The position numbers and the translations under genes are program-made. A stretch of DNA of 64,000 nucleotides from an uncultured Chlamydiae bacterium. GTDB taxonomy: Bacteria; Chlamydiota; Chlamydiia; Chlamydiales; JAJFMB01. The stretch is from contig CAVOJR010000001.1 of NCBI GenBank assembly GCA_963696295.1, positions 2,240,001-2,304,000 on the forward strand, read 5' to 3'. Of this stretch, positions 46,072 to 53,917 are shown in pieces (position 1 is the first letter of the stretch; every line of letters starts with the position of its first letter). The notes under the pieces were generated by a model. That model was given only the letters and a program-made list of their open reading frames with translations. It did not search any database and was not told where the DNA came from.

Positions 46072-47199
46072 TCAGGTCAAGCCAAATTGCTGCATCCGCA
46101 TGATATTTTTCGAAAGCTGCGTCAGCTCGCTCCAATCAGCGTAGATGCTTTTCTTTAATTTCTTCATTTCCTGTTTCAGGCTTTGCAGCATTTCCCGTTT
46201 TGATTTCTCTTTTTTGATTTGGTAGTAATTCTCTTTTAGCGATTTAAAAACAAGAGTCTTATCCATGATGCGGTCTGAGATTTCATTGATTTTCTGCTCC
46301 AATTCGTCCCGTTTGACATACCATAAATTCTTTAAACGGGTGATCAGAAGATTTTTTCGCTCCAGCACCATACGGCGGCTGATGGTGACGGGATCCATTT
46401 TTTTCAGTCCATAGGCCAGGCCGACTTTATTCAAAGTCCAGATCAGCCATTTGGAGGGGTCGAAATGGTACCAGCGCACGCCGTTGCGGTAATCATTGGC
46501 GTAGGTGTGATGGTAATTGTGATACCCTTCCCCGAAAGTGACCAGCGAGATGATAAAGTTGTCTACGGCAGTCTGTTCCTGGCAAAAAGGCTTGTCGCCC
46601 CAAGTGTGGGCGAGGGAGTTGATAAACCAGGTGAAGTGGTGCAGGAAGAACACCCTGGCGAAAACGCCGATGAGCAGGGCTCCCAGATAATCGTTTAGCA
46701 GCCACCCTAAAAAAAAGAAGACGGCCAGGTTGCTGCCGGTCATCCAGGTGTTGGCGAAGCGGTGCTGGTTCATCACCAGCTTGTTTTTCAGCAGATCGGG
46801 GACCACTTTGGGGTCGATCTCCCGTTGTTCATCCATGATCCAGAGAAAATGGGCGTACCAGAACCCTTTATTGATCGAATAGGGGTCTTTGTCGCTGTCG
46901 ACATAAGCGTGGTGTTCCCTGTGGTCGAAAGCCCAGCGCAGGACACTTCCCTGGATTGCCAGGGAACCGAATAAAAGGAGAAGAAATTCAACGAATGAGT
47001 TGGTTTTAAAGGCTCGATGGGAGAAATAGCGGTGGTAGCCGGCCGTGATGCTGATGCCAGAAAGCCAAAAAAGGAGGAAGGAGGCGAGCGCCATGGACCA
47101 GGTGGGCTGGGCGTAGTAGAAATAGAAGGGGAGTGAGGCCAGAAAAAGTGTCTGGTAGACTATTAAAAAGACGGCTCGCGAGTTTAATTTTAATTCCAT
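46072..47199 (-). CDS. Delta-9-type acyl-CoA/lipid fatty-acid desaturase
   Basis: His boxes GYHRYFSH, HREHH, INSLAH, GEGYHNYHH. Confidence 0.95.
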   Translation of the reverse strand: MELKLNSRAVFLIVYQTLFLASLPFYFYYAQPTWSMALASFLLFWLSGISITAGYHRYFSHRAFKTNSFVEFLLLLFGSLAIQGSVLRWAFDHREHHAYVDSDKDPYSINKGFWYAHFLWIMDEQREIDPKVVPDLLKNKLVMNQHRFANTWMTGSNLAVFFFLGWLLNDYLGALLIGVFARVFFLHHFTWFINSLAHTWGDKPFCQEQTAVDNFIISLVTFGEGYHNYHHTYANDYRNGVRWYHFDPSKWLIWTLNKVGLAYGLKKMDPVTISRRMVLERKNLLITRLKNLWYVKRDELEQKINEISDRIMDKTLVFKSLKENYYQIKKEKSKREMLQSLKQEMKKLKKSIYADWSELTQLSKNIMRMQQFGLT

Positions 47200-47273
47200 C
47201 TTAGACCATCCTTTTTAAGTTAGTGCAAAAGCATAAAGATAACTGAAAAAAGATTAAATTACAATGAATATAA

Positions 47274-47294
47274 GGGACCTGCAAGGCAGGTCCC
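47274..47294 (-). terminator. Terminator of the porin gene
   Basis: Perfect GGGACCTGC-AAG-GCAGGTCCC. Confidence 0.75.
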
Positions 47295-47309
47295 ATGGAC
47301 GGTTATAAG

Positions 47310-48365
47310 TTAAAAATCCAATTTGGCAGAGAAGGTGAAGCCTTGCAAAGACAAGTTGTGTTCATTAATTTGAGAATTTCCAGTGTTTTGATCAAATCTT
47401 ACGAGATTAAAGAATACATTTTGCTCCCAGCCGGCTTGCAGCGTTAAGGCAAAATTATCCTCGCAAAGTGAGGTCTTCCATTGTATACCAGCTCCGCAAT
47501 CTCCGATGACTTGAGCGTCATTGAAGCGATCGCGTAGAAAATCTGTGTAATCGCGATTAATGGGTGTTGGTGTTGTGGTGTCATTTTCAATGATATGGTC
47601 TCTGTTGCAATTTCTAAATTGACCATACAATATCGAAGCCGATCCGAATCCATAAATACCGAATCCGCAGGCGATGTTATATGCCCCTTCAACTCCAGCT
47701 CTTAAACCGGCGCCCTGGAATTGTGTTTTAAGTCTAACGAACTCACTATTTTGTAAGGTCGTTGTGTTGCTGTTGGCAATATCGATACTGTAACATTGTT
47801 GTATCCATGCAGCCCGGATGGCGGCAAAGGGAGTAACAACAAAATTGTCTAGATTTATTCTTTTTTCAAATTTAAAATCTAAAAGATTCAGTTTTAATTT
47901 CCATCTGGCAAAAACTGTTGTTTCTGTACCAAGGTCCGATGATTGAGGAACGGCACTTCCGTATGCTGGTTCAAAGTTTCCAATCACATTAGCTGGAATG
48001 AAGGAACAACCCCTCGCATTAGAGTTAAAACGGGTCCAGACCACTTTAGCATCGCCAGCGCAAGGCAGGTGATATCCAATGCCTACGCGGAAGCCGGCAT
48101 TCCATGTGAAGTCAGGTTTATTAACTTTAGTATACTCTACTGTGGCGGCATCAAAAGTAGTGTCAGAATTTGTAATAATGGTTCTGCCAAAAGGGATGCC
48201 GTGCACGGAGGGTTTCCAGACAAGGGCGTCGCCCTCAACGAAAAAAGTCGAGTTGGAAGCAGAATCATCGTATTGCGGGCAACAGTCAAAATATTGCGCG
48301 TTTACAATACCTGTAGAGGCTATTAATGCCCCTAAACCAATTAATCTTGAAATAAAAGGTCTCAT
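47310..48365 (-). CDS. Lpg1974-family/Legionella-MOMP-like porin
   Basis: Signal peptide, ALVWKP, PDFTWNAGFRVGIGY, FQGAGLRAG, LSLQGFTFSAKLDF terminus. Confidence 0.85.
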   Translation of the reverse strand: MRPFISRLIGLGALIASTGIVNAQYFDCCPQYDDSASNSTFFVEGDALVWKPSVHGIPFGRTIITNSDTTFDAATVEYTKVNKPDFTWNAGFRVGIGYHLPCAGDAKVVWTRFNSNARGCSFIPANVIGNFEPAYGSAVPQSSDLGTETTVFARWKLKLNLLDFKFEKRINLDNFVVTPFAAIRAAWIQQCYSIDIANSNTTTLQNSEFVRLKTQFQGAGLRAGVEGAYNIACGFGIYGFGSASILYGQFRNCNRDHIIENDTTTPTPINRDYTDFLRDRFNDAQVIGDCGAGIQWKTSLCEDNFALTLQAGWEQNVFFNLVRFDQNTGNSQINEHNLSLQGFTFSAKLDF

Positions 48366-48498
48366 AAATTCTCCTTGTATGAGGTTAATCACACCTATAT
48401 TTTAAAATAATATATTTACGCAAGAACAATGCTTGTCGAAAAATAGGGGACTTGAGTACTCTTTCTTTTTAACTCCCACTTCAAATTTCTTACCTCAG

Positions 48499-49782
48499 AT
48501 GATGGATTATATCAGACAGCTTTCAGTGAGCAGCTTCTGTACGGATAGCCGTCAGGTTAGCCCCGGCAGTCTTTTTTTTGCTCTAAAAGGGCAGAAGGCC
48601 GATGCGCACGCCTTCCTCTCTGAAGTGGCAGAGAAGGGGGCATTAGGGGCCGTCGTACAGGAAAATTACCAGGGGCCAAGCTATGGTTTGGCTTTAATTC
48701 GCGTCAAAGATGTTTTAGAAGCGCTGCAGCAGCTGGCAAGAGAGTGGCTTTTGCATTGCAAAGTCAGGGTGGTGGCCGTAACCGGTTCGGTCGGCAAAAC
48801 TTCTACAAAAGAGTTTGTAGCCACTTTGCTCAAACAGAAATTCCAAGTGGCTTCCTCCCCGGGAAATAGCAATTCTCAGGTGGGATTGCCTTTGGCCATC
48901 CTCAATCACGTCAAAGAAACGGATCAGATTTTGGTGCAGGAGATGGGAATGACCGAGGCCGGTCAGATCAGCCGGCTCGTCGCGATAGCCCCGCCGGAAG
49001 TCGCCATTTTAACCATGGTCGCTCTCGTCCATGCGTGTAATTTCGAGTCGCTGAAGGGGATCGCCATGGCCAAAGCCGAAGTGTTTGGTTCAGGGCAGAC
49101 AAAGCTTGGCATTGTGCTTCGCGACTGCGAATATTTCGACGAGATATGCGGAAGCTGCGCGAGAGTCTCCTTTTCAGTGAATGATCCTTCCGCTGAATAT
49201 TTTTTGGATCAAAATGAGCTTTACGAGCGAGGAAAATGGGCCTTAAGCATCAGCGAGCTGCCGGTTCCAGGGGAACATAACCGGCAAAATTTGCTTGCGG
49301 CGATTGCGGCGGCAAGGTACTTTTGTTTAGAATGGGACGAGATCCAAAAGGGAATTTCCCAATTGACTCTGCCGGAAAGGCGTTTGCAGCTTGTGGAAAA
49401 AAAAGGGCTTAAGTTCCTCAACGATTCCTACAATGCGAGCACTGTTTCGATGAAGGCCTCTTTTAAGTCCCTCCCAAAGCCGGCTCCAGGCAGCAAAACC
49501 GTGGCTGTCCTGGGAGAGATGCTGGAACTGGGACAGTTTTCCGATGCCTGCCACAGGGAAGTGGGAGAGGCTGCTTTAGGCGTGGTGGACCGCATGATCT
49601 GCTTTGGGAAAGGGTGCGGGCCGATAGTCGCCTGTTGGAAGGAGGCCAAAAAGCCGGTCCAATGGACTTGCGACAGAGCGGAAATGATGAAGATATTAAG
49701 AGAGACGGCCGCCCAGGGCGATGTGGTGCTGTTAAAAGGATCGCGGGCGAATGAACTTTGGAAAGTGATTGAAGAACTATGA
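48499..49782 (+). CDS. murF: UDP-MurNAc-tripeptide:D-Ala-D-Ala ligase (start uncertain)
   Basis: TDSR, VTGSVGKTSTKE, NDSYNA, LGEMLELG, LLKGSR. Confidence 0.96.
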   Translation: MMDYIRQLSVSSFCTDSRQVSPGSLFFALKGQKADAHAFLSEVAEKGALGAVVQENYQGPSYGLALIRVKDVLEALQQLAREWLLHCKVRVVAVTGSVGKTSTKEFVATLLKQKFQVASSPGNSNSQVGLPLAILNHVKETDQILVQEMGMTEAGQISRLVAIAPPEVAILTMVALVHACNFESLKGIAMAKAEVFGSGQTKLGIVLRDCEYFDEICGSCARVSFSVNDPSAEYFLDQNELYERGKWALSISELPVPGEHNRQNLLAAIAAARYFCLEWDEIQKGISQLTLPERRLQLVEKKGLKFLNDSYNASTVSMKASFKSLPKPAPGSKTVAVLGEMLELGQFSDACHREVGEAALGVVDRMICFGKGCGPIVACWKEAKKPVQWTCDRAEMMKILRETAAQGDVVLLKGSRANELWKVIEEL

Positions 49783-50990
49783 TTTTGATATTGATTGATT
49801 TTTTGCGGGAAGCGCTCGGGCTGAAAATACCCGCCGTGTTTTGCTACTACTCTACCCGTATGATCTTGGCTGCTCTTACTACGTTGACTATCAGTATCTT
49901 CTGCGGTCCCCGCTTCATAACCAAATTATACGAGCTAAAAATAGGCCAGCCCGTGCGCAAAGAAGATTGCCCTCTGCTTGGCGAGCTGCACAGCAAAAAG
50001 CAGGATACCCCGACCATGGGCGGGATTTTGATCCTCTTCGCCATGCTGATCGCAATGTTTTTGTGGATGGATTTGCGGCATGTCTTTACGTTAATACTTT
50101 TTCTGACCACGGTTGTTTTAGGGGCCCTTGGCGGTTATGACGACTATCTGAAATTGCGTTTCAAAAACACGAAAGGTTTATCCGGGAAGAAGAAATTGGC
50201 CATACAATGCGGTTTATCAGCTTTGCTGGGAATTTACTTATTCATTCCCTTTGCAAGTCAGGCGATCTCCTTTGGAAACTGGTACAAGCCTCCCACTGTC
50301 AAGGAGGAAGTTCTCGTCAAAAAAAGACATGAGGTGAAGACTGTGCCGCTGCAGGAATACGCTTCGAGGCTTTATGTTCCTTTTATGAAAGATCCGGTGC
50401 TGCACTTCTCCGGGGTGTTCACCGTTTTAGCGATTTTATTGGTGATATTCGTGATCACCGGCTCTTCAAACGCCGTAAATTTGACCGATGGTTTGGATGG
50501 CCTTGCCGCAGGCTGTCTGATTATGGTGGCGGCCAGTCTCGCCTTCATCGCCTTTGTTTCCAATCACTTTGAAATCGCGGGCTATCTCAATATCTTATAT
50601 ATCGAAGGAAGCGGTGAAATTGCTATCTATTTGATGGCTTTTGTCGGCGCCTGTTTGGGCTTCCTTTGGTACAATGGCCATCCAGCGCAGCTCTTCATGG
50701 GAGACACCGGCTCTTTAGCGCTGGGAGGAATTATCGGGGTCGCCGCCGTTTTGCTCAAAAGAGAGCTTCTGCTCGCTGTGATAGGCGGAGTTTTTGTCGC
50801 GGAGGCCATGTCGGTGATTTTACAGGTCGGCAGCTACAAACTGCGCAATAAAAAGCGCATTTTTTTGATCGCCCCGCTGCATCACCACTTTGAATATAAA
50901 GGATGGGCAGAAACTAAAGTCGTGATCCGCTTTTGGATTATCAGTTTGCTGCTCTCGTTGATCGGAATCGCTTCACTCAAGTTTCAATAA
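49779..50990 (+). CDS. mraY: Phospho-MurNAc-pentapeptide transferase
   Basis: TPTMGG, YDDYLK, NAVNLTDGLDGL, FMGDTGS, APLHHHFE. Confidence 0.97.
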   Translation: MILILIDFLREALGLKIPAVFCYYSTRMILAALTTLTISIFCGPRFITKLYELKIGQPVRKEDCPLLGELHSKKQDTPTMGGILILFAMLIAMFLWMDLRHVFTLILFLTTVVLGALGGYDDYLKLRFKNTKGLSGKKKLAIQCGLSALLGIYLFIPFASQAISFGNWYKPPTVKEEVLVKKRHEVKTVPLQEYASRLYVPFMKDPVLHFSGVFTVLAILLVIFVITGSSNAVNLTDGLDGLAAGCLIMVAASLAFIAFVSNHFEIAGYLNILYIEGSGEIAIYLMAFVGACLGFLWYNGHPAQLFMGDTGSLALGGIIGVAAVLLKRELLLAVIGGVFVAEAMSVILQVGSYKLRNKKRIFLIAPLHHHFEYKGWAETKVVIRFWIISLLLSLIGIASLKFQ

Positions 50991-50991
50991 T

Positions 50992-52179
50992 ATGAAAACA
51001 GCACTCGTTATAGGCCTTGGAATCAGCGGAAAAAGCGCGGCAGGATTTTTAGAGCGGCAAGGCTTTAAAGTTTTGGCTCATGATGACAAACAGCTTCCTG
51101 AGGGATTTAAGAAATTTGACGGGGATTTTACCTCTGTCGATCTCGTCGTGGTCTCCCCCGGAATCCCCCGCACCCACCCCCTCTACGTGCAGGCCAAGGA
51201 GAAGAACATTGAGGTGATCGGAGAAGTGGAACTCGCCTGCCGCTCCATTCGCAATCCCGTCCTCGCCGTCACAGGGACGAATGGAAAGACGACGGTAACG
51301 CAGCTGATCGAGCATATTTTAAAATTTGCCGGCAAACCTGTAAAATTGCTTGGAAATGGCGGGATTCCCATTACGGCTCAAATCGGAGATTCCAAAGAGG
51401 AAATTCTTGTGTTGGAGCTAAGCTCCTTTCAGCTGGAAACCATGGAAAGTCCCATTATCGACGCCGCAGCCATCCTTAATATCACTCCCGATCATTTGGA
51501 CCGCTACAATGGGATGGAGGAGTATGCCAAAGCCAAAATGCATATTCACCGCTGTTTAAAGCCGGGTGGTAGTCTGTTTATTGAAGAAAGAGCGTTTTTA
51601 CAGTATGGGTATCTGCTCGAAGGGTTTCCCTGCCAAATCTATTCTTCTGCTGATTTGACCACAACCCACGATACCGAGAATTACCTCGCAGCGTTGGCTC
51701 TCGTCAGCCAATTGGGGATATCGCCTGAACTGGTAAAAAAGGCCTATGAAAGTTTTAGAAAACCGCCCCACCGGATCGAGTTTGTCGAAAAAATAGGGGG
51801 CGTCTCTTACTATAATGACAGTAAAGGAACCAACATTGATGCAGTCATTCGTTGCATACAATCCTTGCCAGGCCCTATTATTTTGATTGCCGGCGGGGTG
51901 GATAAAGGAGCATCGTATACGAGCTGGATTGAACCTTTTCACGGTAAAGTAAAGATGATAATGACTATAGGCCTTGCAGCGCCGATAATTGAGAGAGAAC
52001 TAGATCCCCATTTCCCAATAAAAAGAGGCCGTGACTTAGCAGATGCTTTAGAATGGGCGAAAAAATTTTCCGTTCCGGGGGACAGTATTGTTCTCTCTCC
52101 GGGATGTGCCAGTTATGATATGTTTAGGGATTACGCTCATCGCGGGGATGAGTTTAAGCGGTTAGTATTAAGGAGCTGA
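50992..52179 (+). CDS. murD: UDP-MurNAc-L-Ala:D-Glu ligase
   Basis: VSPGIP, VTGTNGKTT, ELSSFQL, DHLDRY, NDSKGTN, LSPGCASYD. Confidence 0.97.
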   Translation: MKTALVIGLGISGKSAAGFLERQGFKVLAHDDKQLPEGFKKFDGDFTSVDLVVVSPGIPRTHPLYVQAKEKNIEVIGEVELACRSIRNPVLAVTGTNGKTTVTQLIEHILKFAGKPVKLLGNGGIPITAQIGDSKEEILVLELSSFQLETMESPIIDAAAILNITPDHLDRYNGMEEYAKAKMHIHRCLKPGGSLFIEERAFLQYGYLLEGFPCQIYSSADLTTTHDTENYLAALALVSQLGISPELVKKAYESFRKPPHRIEFVEKIGGVSYYNDSKGTNIDAVIRCIQSLPGPIILIAGGVDKGASYTSWIEPFHGKVKMIMTIGLAAPIIERELDPHFPIKRGRDLADALEWAKKFSVPGDSIVLSPGCASYDMFRDYAHRGDEFKRLVLRS

Positions 52180-52183
52180 GGAG

Positions 52184-52819
52184 ATGAGTAGAAGAGATAC
52201 GATTTTAGTGGCGGTTCTGATCAATGCGGGATTGCTCGCTTTGTTGTTTATGATTGCCATCAATCCTGAAGAGGAGCGTGTGTTCGATACCTTCGAACAG
52301 GCTCCCGTCATGGCCGAAGCCCCGGCTGCTAAAGAGAAAATAGAGATTGAGCCGGCCATTAATTTTGCCAAAAGCGCCGTTGAAGATGAGATCGATAAAG
52401 CATTGCTCGATTTTGCCGGAAAAGCGACCTTTGATCCCCCGAAACAACCCCAATTGAAAAAAGCGGACGAACCTCAAATGACCATTACGGTAAAGAGAGG
52501 GGATATGCTGGAGCGCATTGCCAGGGCCAATGGGACGACGGTACAAAAACTGAAGCAGTTAAATCATTTGCAGGATGAAAAGCTGGAAGTGGGGCAAGTC
52601 TTGCGCGTACCCGCGCATAAGGAAGAAGTGGCTTTAGAAACCCCAAAAAAAGGTTCTGTTGATGAAGCTGAGGAGTTTTATACGATAAAAAACGGCGATA
52701 ACCCCTGGAAAATTGCCAAACAGTTCAATGTGCGTTTTGACGAACTGCTGAATTTGAATCACCTTGATGAAGAGAAGGCAAGAAAACTAAAAGCTGGCGA
52801 TAAAATCCGGGTGCACTGA
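52184..52819 (+). CDS. LysM-domain protein (chlamydial NlpD-like)
   Basis: N-terminal TM and two LysM repeats (VKRGDMLERIA, IKNGDNPWKIA); lies between murD and ftsW. Confidence 0.9.
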   Translation: MSRRDTILVAVLINAGLLALLFMIAINPEEERVFDTFEQAPVMAEAPAAKEKIEIEPAINFAKSAVEDEIDKALLDFAGKATFDPPKQPQLKKADEPQMTITVKRGDMLERIARANGTTVQKLKQLNHLQDEKLEVGQVLRVPAHKEEVALETPKKGSVDEAEEFYTIKNGDNPWKIAKQFNVRFDELLNLNHLDEEKARKLKAGDKIRVH

Positions 52820-52820
52820 T

Positions 52821-53909
52821 TTGCCTAAATACCGATTCCTCTTGTTTATCTCCTGCAGCATTATTTTTGCCATGGGCATTTTAATGATATTCAGCACGAC
52901 TTCCGCTGAAGTTCTGGACCACGATTTGAGCCGCAGCACACATCAGGCGATCCTAAGGCAATTCCTCTTTGCTCTTGTCGGCGTGGCCGGCGCCGTCATG
53001 ATCCAGAGAGCTGGCTACCAGCAATTGCTCCGGCACAGCGGCTGGATATTAGCCTTTTTCTCTCTGCTGCTCCTCTTGACCTTGGTACCCGGAGTCGGCA
53101 GGGTTGTCAACGGCTCGCGCCGCTGGCTCTCGATCGCCGGGATCTCCTTTCAACCCTCAGAGTTTGTCAAATATATCGTTCCCATGTATTACATCTACCA
53201 GGTACAGCAGTGGAAAGGGCCTTTCAATCTGCCCCGCTTTTTGAAGCTGATCTCAGTTTTGATCATCCCCATATTATTGATTCTCGTCGAACCTAACAAT
53301 GGAACCGCTGCGGTCATCGTCATGACCCTGGTCGTGTTGTTTATCTTGACGAAAGTCCCTTTAAATTATTTTGTCATCCCCCTTTTATGCTTCTCACTGG
53401 TCGCAGGAGTTCTCGCCTTTCGGCTGCCTTATGTCACATCCCGTTTGAAAGTCTATTTCGATCCCGAGCTCGACATCAAAGGGAAGGGGCATCAGCCCTA
53501 TCAGGCCAAGATAGCAGCCGGTTCCGGGCAGCTCTTTGGTAAAGGGCCCGGCAACAGCCTGCAAAAATTAAGCTATCTGCCCGAAGCGCAAAATGACTAT
53601 ATCGCCGCAATTTTTGCCGAGGAATTTGGCTTTGCCGGCGTGCTTACCTTGATATTGCTCTATATGACCTTGGCTTATGTCGGCTTTGCCATCAGTTATC
53701 TCGCCCCAAGGCAGGACGGCTACTACCTGGCGGCGGCAGTGACCTTCCTGATAAGCTTTCAAGCCTTTTTGAATATGGGGGTGGTATCGGGACTCCTGCC
53801 CAGCACGGGCCTCAATTTGCCCCTCTTTAGCCAAGGGGGCACCTCTCTCGTCGCAAACATAATGGGGATCAGTTTGCTTTGGTCGACTAAGCGGCCTTGT
53901 TCACTTTAG
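52821..53909 (+). CDS. ftsW: SEDS protein FtsW
   Basis: NGSRRW, FQPSEFVK, YLPEAQNDYI, LPLFSQGG. Confidence 0.93.
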   Translation: MPKYRFLLFISCSIIFAMGILMIFSTTSAEVLDHDLSRSTHQAILRQFLFALVGVAGAVMIQRAGYQQLLRHSGWILAFFSLLLLLTLVPGVGRVVNGSRRWLSIAGISFQPSEFVKYIVPMYYIYQVQQWKGPFNLPRFLKLISVLIIPILLILVEPNNGTAAVIVMTLVVLFILTKVPLNYFVIPLLCFSLVAGVLAFRLPYVTSRLKVYFDPELDIKGKGHQPYQAKIAAGSGQLFGKGPGNSLQKLSYLPEAQNDYIAAIFAEEFGFAGVLTLILLYMTLAYVGFAISYLAPRQDGYYLAAAVTFLISFQAFLNMGVVSGLLPSTGLNLPLFSQGGTSLVANIMGISLLWSTKRPCSL

Positions 53910-53917
53910 AGGACCGG

